Positions 31,694 to 40,114 of a DNA stretch of 64,000 nt are shown here, one piece after another. The stretch covers positions 26,144 through 90,143 of the forward strand of contig PMOA01000148.1 of the NCBI GenBank assembly GCA_003161635.1, given 5' to 3'. The translations under genes and the position numbers were made by a program. Every line of letters begins with the position of its first letter. Within the stretch, counting starts at the first letter, position 1. The stretch is from Limisphaerales bacterium (GTDB taxonomy: Bacteria > Verrucomicrobiota > Verrucomicrobiia > Limisphaerales > UBA11358). Under the pieces are notes generated by a model. That model was not told the DNA's origin. It did no database searches and saw only the letters and a list, made by a program, of their open reading frames with translations.

Positions 31694-32694
31694 TTCGTTC
31701 GTGGCAGGTGCGTTGCTGGCTCGCCGCCGTTTTCGCAGTCGGCCTGTTTGCCGCTTTCCAGCTCATCGCCGAAACGGCCACGAATGTTCGGGCTCCGCAA
31801 AAATTATTTTCCGCGCCGACGAATCCTTCGCTGCCTCCGATCCCGCACTTAAAGTCACCCGTGGATTTATTCCGTGAACTCCTGGCGATGACGCCCGCCG
31901 GACGGGAAAATTATCTGACGAATCGGCCGCTGGGAATCCGCGCCCGCATTCTCGCCAAGGTGCGCGAATACGAAGCGCTGGACCCGAACGATCGCGAATT
32001 ATGCCTGCGCGCCACCGAACTCCGCTGGTATTTGCTCCCCCTCATGCGCGAATCCCCGACGAACCGTGCCGCGCGGCTGGCAGCCATTCCGGATGATCTG
32101 CGGGCCCTGGTTAAAACGCGCCTCACGCTATGGGATATTTTGCCGCCGCCATTCCAGAAGGAATTTTTTGAGAACGAGCGCGCCCTGCGCTATTTCATGC
32201 AGGTGGATTCATCAAACAGCCCGCCGATGCCGCCCCTGCCGCCGGACCACGGATGGCATCACGGCCCGCCGGACCACGATTTGGCGCACTGGAACACGCT
32301 TTCGGAGGACCAGCGTCAAAAAATCACCGCACAATGCAACCAGTTTTTTGAACTGACGCCGATGGAAAAAAAGAAAACGCTCAACACCCTGTCGAACGCC
32401 GAGCAGCAGCAAATGGAAAAAACGCTGGAGACGTTTGGGAAATTGCCCCCGGTGCAACGCTTTAAGTGCATCCGCGCGTTTACGGAATTTGGCGGCATGA
32501 GCGCGCAGGAAAAACAGGATTTTTTGAAAAACGCCCAGCGCTGGTCGCAAATGTCGCCCAAGGAACGCCAGACCTGGCGCGATCTCGTCACCCACGTCCC
32601 CGAATGGCCGCCGTTGCCACCCGCATTGATGCCGCCGATGCCGCCACAGTTGACGCAGCGTCTGCATCCGGTGGCCGCCACCAATCCCAACTGA
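31690..32694 (+). CDS. DUF3106-like repeat protein, secreted
   Basis: ATGA overlap with the upstream gene. Repeated W-x-x-L/M-S/T-P-x-E/Q-R/K helices (RWSQMSPKERQTWRDL, FFELTPMEKKKTL). Pro-rich tail. Confidence 0.6.
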   Translation: MIRSWQVRCWLAAVFAVGLFAAFQLIAETATNVRAPQKLFSAPTNPSLPPIPHLKSPVDLFRELLAMTPAGRENYLTNRPLGIRARILAKVREYEALDPNDRELCLRATELRWYLLPLMRESPTNRAARLAAIPDDLRALVKTRLTLWDILPPPFQKEFFENERALRYFMQVDSSNSPPMPPLPPDHGWHHGPPDHDLAHWNTLSEDQRQKITAQCNQFFELTPMEKKKTLNTLSNAEQQQMEKTLETFGKLPPVQRFKCIRAFTEFGGMSAQEKQDFLKNAQRWSQMSPKERQTWRDLVTHVPEWPPLPPALMPPMPPQLTQRLHPVAATNPN

Positions 32695-32746
32695 CCTCCG
32701 GCAAATTTAAATTCCCATTTCCACCGCCACACCTTAATTTCCCGCC

Positions 32747-33520
32747 GTGTATCCGATTGCGTTTCGACTCGGCTCCTTCACGATTCATTGGTATGGCGTG
32801 ATGATCGCGCTGGCATTCCTGGCGGGGCTTTGGACGGCCACCCGCCGCGCCCGGCACGAAAACATCTCCGGCGAAAAAATCGCCGACATCGTGTTCTGGC
32901 TGATGTTCGGCGCGATTCTCGGCGCGCGCGCCGTTTACGTGACTACTTATTGGAAGGACGAATTCGCCCACCAGCCGCTCCGGGAAATTTTCATGATTCA
33001 ACACGGCGGACTGGTGTATTACGGCGGCCTCATCGGCGCGACGATTGCAGGCATGATTTACATTCGTTGGAAAAAACTTCCGCTGTGGAAAACCGTCGAC
33101 GTGCTTGCGCCAAGCATTGCGCTCGGAAATGTTTTTGGCCGCATCGGCTGCCTGCTGAATGGCTGTTGCTACGGTCGCGCGTGCAGTCTGCCGTGGGCCA
33201 TCCGGTTTCCATCCGATCATCCCACCGGCGGCACGCCCGTGCATCCGACGGAAATTTACGATGCCTTGTTGAATTTCGCCCTTTACCTCGGCCTCGCGTG
33301 GCTGTTCCGGCACAAAAAATTTAACGGCCAGGTGTTCGCAACCTATCTCATTTGCTACGCCGTGTTTCGTTCCGTCGTGGAATACTTTCGGGGCGATTAT
33401 CCGGCGGACCACATCCACAACGGCCTCACGTCGGGACAATTGGCAAGCATCCCCATTTTCATCGCCGGTCTCTTGCTCGCGGCAGTTCTTTCCAGCCGCG
33501 CTCAAACAAAACGAGGATAG
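32747..33520 (+). CDS. lgt: Prolipoprotein diacylglyceryl transferase
   Basis: FTIHWYGVMIALAFLAG, GRIGCLLNGCCYG, HPTEIYDALLNF. Confidence 0.92.
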   Translation: MYPIAFRLGSFTIHWYGVMIALAFLAGLWTATRRARHENISGEKIADIVFWLMFGAILGARAVYVTTYWKDEFAHQPLREIFMIQHGGLVYYGGLIGATIAGMIYIRWKKLPLWKTVDVLAPSIALGNVFGRIGCLLNGCCYGRACSLPWAIRFPSDHPTGGTPVHPTEIYDALLNFALYLGLAWLFRHKKFNGQVFATYLICYAVFRSVVEYFRGDYPADHIHNGLTSGQLASIPIFIAGLLLAAVLSSRAQTKRG

Positions 33521-33537
33521 AAAATGGAGGATTGAAG

Positions 33538-34647
33538 ATGACCACAAAAATCCATCCTCCATCCTTGCCGCGCCGTAGCGAAGCAAAGGCGGGTCCCATC
33601 CTCATCGCCGGCCTGACCGCCGTCGGCAAATCCGAAATCGCCCTGCGGCTTGCCGGACAACTCGGCGGTGAAATCATTTCCGCCGATTCGATGCAGGTTT
33701 ATCGCGGACTCGACATCGGCACGGCCAAGCCATCGCCCGCCGACCGCGCCTGCGTGCCGCATCACCTCATTGACATCTGCGATTTGACCGAATCGTTCGA
33801 CGCCGCGCAATTCGCCCGGCTCGCGCATTGCGCCGTCGCGGAAATCCAGGCGCGCGGCCACGTGCCGATTCTTTGCGGCGGCACCGGACTTTACTTCAAA
33901 GCCTTTCTCGAAGGACTTGGCGAAGCCCCACCCGCCAATCCCAAACTGCGCGCCGAACTCGAAGCCGCGCCGCTGGAAAAATTGCTGGACGAATTGCGCG
34001 AACGCGACCCGGCCACGTTTGAAAAAATTGATAAAAAAAATCCGCGCCGTGTCATCCGCGCCGTGGAAGTGATCCGCTTGACGGGCAAGCCGTTTTCGGA
34101 ACAACAATCGCGGTGGGGCCAGACTTTCCCCGGATCTCGTAGCGCGGACATTCCTGTCCGCGGGTTCACGGGACATTCTTGTCCCGTGTCCGCGAAAGCG
34201 GATGCTGTTTCACCCCCGCACGGACTGGCGACTGGAAAGTCGCCAGAACCGGCAGACAAGAATGTCTACCCTACATTCATCATTGTTTTCACCCGTTCGA
34301 CGGACGATTTGCGCCGGCGGATTGACGCCCGCGTGGACGCGATGTTCAAGCGCGGTCTGGTGGATGAAACGCACGAATTGCTCAAGCGCGGCCTTGCCGA
34401 AAACAAAACGGCCATGCAGGCCATCGGCTACCGGCAGGTGGTGGAACATCTGCGCGGCGAACGGTCATTGAAGGAAACCATCGAGCTGGTGAAAATCCGC
34501 ACGCGGCAGTTCGCCAAGCGGCAACTGACCTGGTTCCGCGCCCAAAAAAATCTGGAGTGGATTGAATTAAAGCCGGATGAGTCGCTGGAAAAATGCGCGC
34601 AGAAAATTTGCGAGCCATTTTTGAAGTCGCAGAGCGACGGACGATAA
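33538..34647 (+). CDS. miaA: tRNA dimethylallyltransferase with an in-frame repeat insertion
   Basis: Start MTTKIHPP.... P-loop IAGLTAVGKSEIAL. SADSMQVYRGLDIGTAKP, VPHHLID, GGTGLYF. Confidence 0.9.
   Translation: MTTKIHPPSLPRRSEAKAGPILIAGLTAVGKSEIALRLAGQLGGEIISADSMQVYRGLDIGTAKPSPADRACVPHHLIDICDLTESFDAAQFARLAHCAVAEIQARGHVPILCGGTGLYFKAFLEGLGEAPPANPKLRAELEAAPLEKLLDELRERDPATFEKIDKKNPRRVIRAVEVIRLTGKPFSEQQSRWGQTFPGSRSADIPVRGFTGHSCPVSAKADAVSPPHGLATGKSPEPADKNVYPTFIIVFTRSTDDLRRRIDARVDAMFKRGLVDETHELLKRGLAENKTAMQAIGYRQVVEHLRGERSLKETIELVKIRTRQFAKRQLTWFRAQKNLEWIELKPDESLEKCAQKICEPFLKSQSDGR
34135..34275. repeat. Four-hairpin element in frame in miaA
   Basis: 7-bp stems with 4-nt loops: gcggacattcctgtccgc, cgggacattcttgtcccg, ggcgactggaaagtcgcc, gcagacaagaatgtctac. 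Encodes SRSADIPVRGFTGHSCPVSAKADAVSPPHGLATGKSPEPADKNVYPT. Confidence 0.75.
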
Positions 34648-34649
34648 TA

Positions 34650-34975
34650 GCCCACGGTGAAACCGTGGGTTCAGCGAACAAAATGAAACAAGTCCCGACA
34701 GGGGCGGCAGAAATATGGCCGGAAAATTATCCCAACGGGATAAAATCATCCAGCCCAGCGTTGACGGATGAAATCCGGCTACGCTGGGTGAACCGTGAAA
34801 ATGAAATTCTACTCCGAAGGAGTTGAATCAATGCGCGGTGAACGGTGATGCAACTCCGTTGGAGTTGATGTTGATTTGGGGCGATGACCCAGCGTAGGCG
34901 CTGCGCGCCAACGCTGGGCTGAAAGATCGAATCCCGTTGGGATTCGGAGCGCGCATTAAACCATGCCGTTAGAGA
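34650..34975. repeat. Non-coding cluster of at least 7 short palindromes
   Basis: ccacggtgaaaccgtgg, tatcccaacgggata, cccagcgttgacgg...ctacgctggg, caactccgttggagttg, cccagcgtaggcgctgcgcgccaacgctggg, gaatcccgttgggattc. Confidence 0.55.
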
Positions 34976-35181
34976 TTCAAATCTTTGAGATGCTACCACC
35001 TTCGACTACAACCTTCGGAATATTCAGGAAACATAACACCGCGGAATAAGATTGGATCCGTAATTTGCAAGGTCTTGAAGAAAATCAACCCAAGTAGAAA
35101 GGTTTTCTTTTACAAAAGCTTGTGCTTCGTCCAATCCATAAATTTTTTGGTGCGGATTATCAGGCATGGCGCAAATGTAAT

Positions 35182-35868
35182 TTAATTTTCCCTTGGCCGT
35201 TTGACAGCAACATCAATTCCCGCCTTGTTCTTGGCGATCATGTTGGCGGGCAGGATGCCGCGCCAGAAAACGTTCGGGTAAATCACCGCGCCGCGCCCAA
35301 CGATGCTGCCGGGGTTCAGCACAGCGTTGCAGCCGGCTTCCGCGCCGTCGCCCATCAGCGCGCCGAACTTGCGCAGGCCGGTGTCGAACGGCACGCCGTC
35401 CATCTCCACCTCGATGTTGCCGGGGAACAGTTTGTAGTTGGATATTTTAACGCCCGCGCCGAGGTGCGCCCGGTGGCCGAGGATCGAGTCGCCGATGTAA
35501 TTGAAGTGTGCCGCGTTGGCGCCATTGAACAGCAGCGAGTTTTTCAGTTCGGACGAATTGCCGACGACGCAGCCGTTGCCGATGATGACGTTTTCGCGGA
35601 TGTAGGCGTTGTGGCGGATCTGGCAACCCTGGCCGATGATGGCCGGGCCTTTGATCATGGCGCCGTCCTCGACGACGGTGCCTTCGCCAATGAAAACTTT
35701 TTCACCGATGAATGCCCTGCCCTCGCCGGGGTTGTGCCGGGCCGGTTTCAAATTGGCGGCGATGTAGCCCTCAATTTTTTTGAGCGCGTCCCAGGTAAAT
35801 TTGCAGCCGTCGAAAATGGCGGCGTGTTCGGTCTGGCTGAGGTCAAACAAGTCGGCTGGCTTGAACAT
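35182..35868 (-). CDS. Left-handed beta-helix (hexapeptide-repeat) transferase, GlmU C-terminal-like
   Basis: Repeating [LIV]-G-x4 hexapeptides: IGEGTVVEDGAMIKGPAIIGQGCQIRHNAYIRENVIIGNGCVVGN. Confidence 0.75.
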   Translation of the reverse strand: MFKPADLFDLSQTEHAAIFDGCKFTWDALKKIEGYIAANLKPARHNPGEGRAFIGEKVFIGEGTVVEDGAMIKGPAIIGQGCQIRHNAYIRENVIIGNGCVVGNSSELKNSLLFNGANAAHFNYIGDSILGHRAHLGAGVKISNYKLFPGNIEVEMDGVPFDTGLRKFGALMGDGAEAGCNAVLNPGSIVGRGAVIYPNVFWRGILPANMIAKNKAGIDVAVKRPREN

Positions 35869-35959
35869 GACGGCAGGTTAGGCGAAACGGGGGCGGCAGA
35901 AAAGCGAAATGGCGCGGGCTTGCCATTCGCGGCGGCGGGCGTATTTTTGCGGTCGGCTC

Positions 35960-36035
35960 GCCCCCATAGCTCAAATGGATAGAGCAGCGGTTTCCTAAAC
36001 CGTTGATTCAGGTTCAATTCCTGATGGGGGTACCA
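35960..36035 (+). tRNA. tRNA-Arg (anticodon CCT), CCA encoded
   Basis: Manual fold: acceptor GCCCCCA/TGGGGGT (G1-U72), D arm GCTC-AAATGGATA-GAGC, anticodon arm GCGGT-TTCCTAA-ACCGT, T arm TCAGG-TTCAATT-CCTGA, then A-CCA. Confidence 0.88.
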
Positions 36036-36145
36036 TTTTATAAACAACGCATTTACAAGCGTTTATGGGTTGTTTTTTGTTTTCGGAGACGCTTTTCTTG
36101 CGATTTTTGTTGAAAAATTGCAACGTGTTTGCAACACTATCGTGC

Positions 36146-37453
36146 ATGAAAACAACACGTTCACGCAAAGAGGGCTGGCCGCGAAGAATCACCCTTGGCC
36201 GCACCAGCGTCACCATCTACAAACGCGCCATGCCGAACGGCTCGGCAGGCTTCATGGTTGCAAATTACTCAGGCGAGAAACGCCGATTCGACTCCTACGC
36301 AACGGAAGCCGACGCGCTGGACGCGGCGAACAAGCTGGCGCGGCAGTTGAGCCAGCGCAACGTGCTCGGCGCGAGCATGACCAAAGAGCAGTCCATCGAA
36401 TACGCCAGCGCCGTCCAAACGTTGCAGCCGCTGGGCGTCTCGCTCACTTCCGCCGTCTCGACGCTCGCGGAAGCCGTCAAGCTCGTTGGCGACTTGTCCG
36501 GCGTGACGGCAGCGGCGAAATTCTACAAGGCGAGGAACAAGACCGTCGCGCCCAAGCGCGTGGCCGACGTGGTGGCAGAGCTGATTAAGGTGAAGGCGTC
36601 GCGCAACGCATCGGAGCGGTATCTGTCAGACCTGCGCGGGCGTTTGAACAAGTTCGCGGAGGCGTTTCAGAAAGACACTTGCAACGTCACGACGGAGGAC
36701 ATTCAGGCATGGCTGGACAATTTGAAATCATTGGAGGGCGTGAAGCTGTCGAATGCAACCTACGGGCACAGCCGTCAAGTGCTGCATCTGTTCTTCAATT
36801 TCGCCGTCGCTCGCGGCTACGCGCACGACAACCCGGTCGTGGGCGTGGAGCGGGTGAAAGTCAAACACGGCGCGACGCTGATTTTCAAGCCGGAAGAAAT
36901 CGCAAAGCTGCTTGCGGCGGCGACGGCGGAGTTCCTTCCTGCTCTGGCCATCTCAGCTTTCGCGGGGCTGCGCTCGGCTGAAGTCGAGCGGCTGGAATGG
37001 GGCGACATTGACCTGACGCAGCGGCACATTGTCCTCAGCGCGGAGAAGGCCAAGACCGCCAGCCGTCGCATTATTCCGATTCACGATAACTTGGCCGCGT
37101 GGCTCGCGCCGTATGCGGGACGCAAAGGCAAGGTATGGACGGGCGGCTGGCTCTACAAAGCGCAGGGAGATTGTGCTGCCGCAACCGAAGTAAAAGCCGA
37201 CGAGGAGAATGGCGTCAAAGCTCAAGCGGCGGTGAAGTGGAAGCAGAACGCCTTGCGCCATTCTTACGCGAGCTACCGCCTTGCGCAGACGCAGAACGCC
37301 GCGCAAGTCGCTCTCGAATGCGGCAACAGCCCGCAGATGATTTTCGCGCACTACCGCGAGATCGTGCGGCCTGTGGACGCGCAACGCTGGTTCAACGTGA
37401 AGCCAGAACGCCCGACCAATGTCGTGATGTTGAACGCGGCGACTGCGACGTGA
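36146..37453 (+). CDS. Tyrosine recombinase/integrase (copy 1)
   Basis: AFAGLRSAEVERLEW (Arg I), NALRHSYASYRL (H-x-x-R), IFAHYRE (catalytic Tyr). Immediately 3' of the tRNA. Confidence 0.9.
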   Translation: MKTTRSRKEGWPRRITLGRTSVTIYKRAMPNGSAGFMVANYSGEKRRFDSYATEADALDAANKLARQLSQRNVLGASMTKEQSIEYASAVQTLQPLGVSLTSAVSTLAEAVKLVGDLSGVTAAAKFYKARNKTVAPKRVADVVAELIKVKASRNASERYLSDLRGRLNKFAEAFQKDTCNVTTEDIQAWLDNLKSLEGVKLSNATYGHSRQVLHLFFNFAVARGYAHDNPVVGVERVKVKHGATLIFKPEEIAKLLAAATAEFLPALAISAFAGLRSAEVERLEWGDIDLTQRHIVLSAEKAKTASRRIIPIHDNLAAWLAPYAGRKGKVWTGGWLYKAQGDCAAATEVKADEENGVKAQAAVKWKQNALRHSYASYRLAQTQNAAQVALECGNSPQMIFAHYREIVRPVDAQRWFNVKPERPTNVVMLNAATAT

Positions 37454-37597
37454 TTTTTGTGACGTTTATTGTTGACGAGCGCACGTTGTCGCGCGTATAT
37501 TGCGTCTAGTTGATTTTCGTGCCGGGGTAAAGCCGACAAGCTTAACACAGTTTGTGCGGAGGCACGGAAGAGGTTTGTACGGTCATCTGTCCGAGTA

Positions 37598-37650
37598 AAG
37601 CAGAAGGATGAGTGTTCCACTGAACAACGTTCCTTCTGCTTTTTGTTTTT
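37598..37650 (+). promoter_or_regulatory. Long hairpin + T-run containing TGTTC-N4-GAACA (Verrucomicrobial LexA-box-like); alternatively an intrinsic terminator
   Basis: aagcagaagga...tccttctgctt stem, then ttttgttttt. Inner TGTTC (37613-37617) cact GAACA (37622-37626). 44 nt upstream of ATG 37670. Confidence 0.35.
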
Positions 37651-37669
37651 GCGGAGGGACAAACTAAGG

Positions 37670-37914
37670 ATGACCGTGAAGAAAGAAAAAATAGTAGAGA
37701 TGCCCGAAGCCGCTGCGACGAATCCAGCGGGAAACACTTTGACCCCACCCCGATTCGGAACGAAGCGCGACGTTGTCGCTCTGCTTCAGTTGTCTCCTAC
37801 CTTGCGATGGGGATGCCTCACCTCAAGCTCGGCGCGCGTCGCTGCCGTTTTGACCTTGGGGAAGTGAGCACCTGGCTCAAGGAAAACTTCCGAGTCCAAC
37901 GCCGGGCAGCATGA
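37670..37914 (+). pseudogene. Frameshifted excisionase/AlpA-type HTH gene
   Basis: MTVKKEKIVEMPEAAATN...KRDVVALLQLS, then the reading frame shifts near 37795 to ...SYLAMGMPHLKLGARRCRFDLGEVSTWLKENFRVQRRAA*. Confidence 0.6.
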
Positions 37915-37926
37915 ACCATTTTCAAT

Positions 37927-39240
37927 TTGCCGGGGCGGTTACCCGCGTTCAGACGCCCTACGACGCCGACCGCATCTTCACCGACACACGGCGGCGTATT
38001 TTGGTTTGATACAGCGGTATCAGAAGCGGGCTTGACGCAAATGCTCAAAGCGGGTGTTATTCAGCCTATGCCAATCAGCTTCGACTCATATCCCACTTTA
38101 GATGAAGCCCTATTTGCCGCCAATCGGGTTGCGAGGCAATTGAGCGAACGGGATACTGTTGCCGCTTCGATGACCAGCGGCCAAGCCAGCGAATACGCAG
38201 TTGCCGCACAAACACTAAATCCACTGGGGGTTTCCTTGAACGCGGCTGTTTCCACGATGGCCGAAGCGGTGAAGATTGCAGGCGATCTGCCGAGCGTGTT
38301 GACTGCATGCAAGTTTTACATCGCGCGTCACAAAAAGACTGTTCAAAAACCTGTGGCTGAAGTTGTGGAGGAACTCTTAACTGTTAAGAAAACCCAAGGC
38401 GCATCTGATCGATACCTCCAAGACCTGCATCTTCGTTTGAACCGCTTCGCAACAGCATTTCCCAAAAGCACGTGCAATGTCACTACAGCAGATGTGCAGA
38501 CATGGATGGATGGAATGAAAATTTTGACACAAAATTACATGAATTTCCGAACCGTCGTGCACACATTTTTTAAATTTGCTGTCGCTAGAGGCTACGCGGT
38601 GGACAATCCCGTGGCCAAGGTGGAAAAGGTTAAAGTTCGACATGGCGATACTGAGATTTTTACTCCGATGGAAATCGCCCGTTTGATTGCAGCGGCACCT
38701 GTCGATTTTATTCCCTGCCTGACAGTTGGCGCATTTGCGGGATTGCGCTCGGCAGAAATCGAAAGAATCGAATGGAGTGATATCGATTTGAAAGGAAGGC
38801 ACATCACCATTGGTGCAAACAAGGCAAAAACAGCCAGTCGCCGTGTCGTTCCCATCGCCGATAATCTGGTCGCTTGGTTAAGTCCCTATGCAAAAAGGAA
38901 CGGTAAAATATGGCCAAGCACGCATGACGAATTTTATAAACTTCAGCAGGCGACAGCTGCCGCCACCGAAGTAAAGGCTGATCCCAAGAAAGGCACCCCC
39001 GCCCTGCCGGCGGTGCGGTGGAAAGCTAATGGCCTCCGTCACAGCTACGCCTCATATCGCTTCGCCTTAACAAATGATGCCGGACGCGTAGCTGGCGAGT
39101 TGGGCAACACTGCCTCGGTTGTCCACCGACATTATCGGGAACTTGTGAAACCATATGAAGCACGAAGCTGGTTCAACGTAAAACCTCAAACCTCTGACAA
39201 CATCGTAATGCTACCTGTCGGAAAATCGCTGCACTCATGA
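37927..39240 (+). CDS. Tyrosine recombinase/integrase (copy 2, paralogue of copy 1)
   Basis: About half of the residues are identical to copy 1 by eye. AFAGLRSAEIERIEW, NGLRHSYASYRF, VVHRHYRE. Start uncertain (TTG 37927 or ATG 38041). Confidence 0.9.
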   Translation: MPGRLPAFRRPTTPTASSPTHGGVFWFDTAVSEAGLTQMLKAGVIQPMPISFDSYPTLDEALFAANRVARQLSERDTVAASMTSGQASEYAVAAQTLNPLGVSLNAAVSTMAEAVKIAGDLPSVLTACKFYIARHKKTVQKPVAEVVEELLTVKKTQGASDRYLQDLHLRLNRFATAFPKSTCNVTTADVQTWMDGMKILTQNYMNFRTVVHTFFKFAVARGYAVDNPVAKVEKVKVRHGDTEIFTPMEIARLIAAAPVDFIPCLTVGAFAGLRSAEIERIEWSDIDLKGRHITIGANKAKTASRRVVPIADNLVAWLSPYAKRNGKIWPSTHDEFYKLQQATAAATEVKADPKKGTPALPAVRWKANGLRHSYASYRFALTNDAGRVAGELGNTASVVHRHYRELVKPYEARSWFNVKPQTSDNIVMLPVGKSLHS

Positions 39241-39785
39241 AAACGCAAATGTCCAAAGAAACGAAAGATGCTGAATTTCGGTCCAACAACCGAAAGCTGT
39301 TCAACGCCGGATTGAAAAGTGTTTTGAAAGCGCATAATTGCGGTCTTCCTTTAGACAAACAAGATGACGTGCTTTACGCGGAACTTTTTTTGGCTACACG
39401 TAAATTTTCACGCAAAGTAAATAAGGTTGATATACGAACTCTAACAACTGCCGTTGAAAAAAGTGACTGGTTGTTTTTTGACCGCCTTAGCAAAGCTCTT
39501 AAAAAATCCGTAGAACCGAGAACAAGAAAGCCATCAGATGCTGAACGCTTTTTCTTAGAAAATTGGGACCGGCTTCGCGATCTTTCAGATAGTGAACTAC
39601 TTGAAAAGGCCTCTGCTTGGCTCAAGAAACAAGGCAAAAGTTCCGATGCAATTAACTATGATTCAATAAAAAAAACCCGCCAAAGACTGGGGCTCCTTAA
39701 AAAGCCAAGTTCTTCCGAAAGCAAAATTCCTTGGGCGGCGATCAAAAAGGAAGCAAAAAAACAAATGAAGATTTTTCGCTTATAA
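39237..39785 (+). CDS. Hypothetical Lys-rich protein, AT-rich
   Basis: 182 aa. ATGA overlap with integrase 2. No family recognised. Confidence 0.55.
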   Translation: MKTQMSKETKDAEFRSNNRKLFNAGLKSVLKAHNCGLPLDKQDDVLYAELFLATRKFSRKVNKVDIRTLTTAVEKSDWLFFDRLSKALKKSVEPRTRKPSDAERFFLENWDRLRDLSDSELLEKASAWLKKQGKSSDAINYDSIKKTRQRLGLLKKPSSSESKIPWAAIKKEAKKQMKIFRL

Positions 39786-39859
39786 ATTTATGGGGACATG
39801 ACTTCCCCCTATTCCTGGTCCCCGACAGAAAGTGCGCGTTCAGGTAGATTCGCGCACTA

Positions 39860-40114
39860 TTGAAAACTTTAACGAATACAATTCCCGATCCCGCACCGGG
39901 ACAATTGAAAATAGCGGACGAAATAACCGACAAACGTGGTTTTGCCGAGCGCTGGAAATTTTCCGTGCGGCACATCGATAATCTTTTGTCGCAAGGGATG
40001 CCCCATTGCCGAATAGGGAAACGCCGCGTGAGGATTGTTGTCGCTGAAGCTGATCGTTGGATGCTGGAGCGGTTTGGTGTTCGCCGCCTTGGGAAGGAGA
40101 ACGTGGCACAATGA
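39860..40114 (+). CDS. Excisionase/AlpA-type HTH DNA-binding protein
   Basis: FSVRHIDNLLSQGMPHCRIGKRRVRIVVAEADRWMLERF. Confidence 0.75.
   Translation: MKTLTNTIPDPAPGQLKIADEITDKRGFAERWKFSVRHIDNLLSQGMPHCRIGKRRVRIVVAEADRWMLERFGVRRLGKENVAQ

Noticed and set aside
35122-35982. 286-aa + strand ORF overlapping the tRNA
   Set aside because: Antisense to the hexapeptide-repeat transferase. It also runs into the tRNA-Arg gene.
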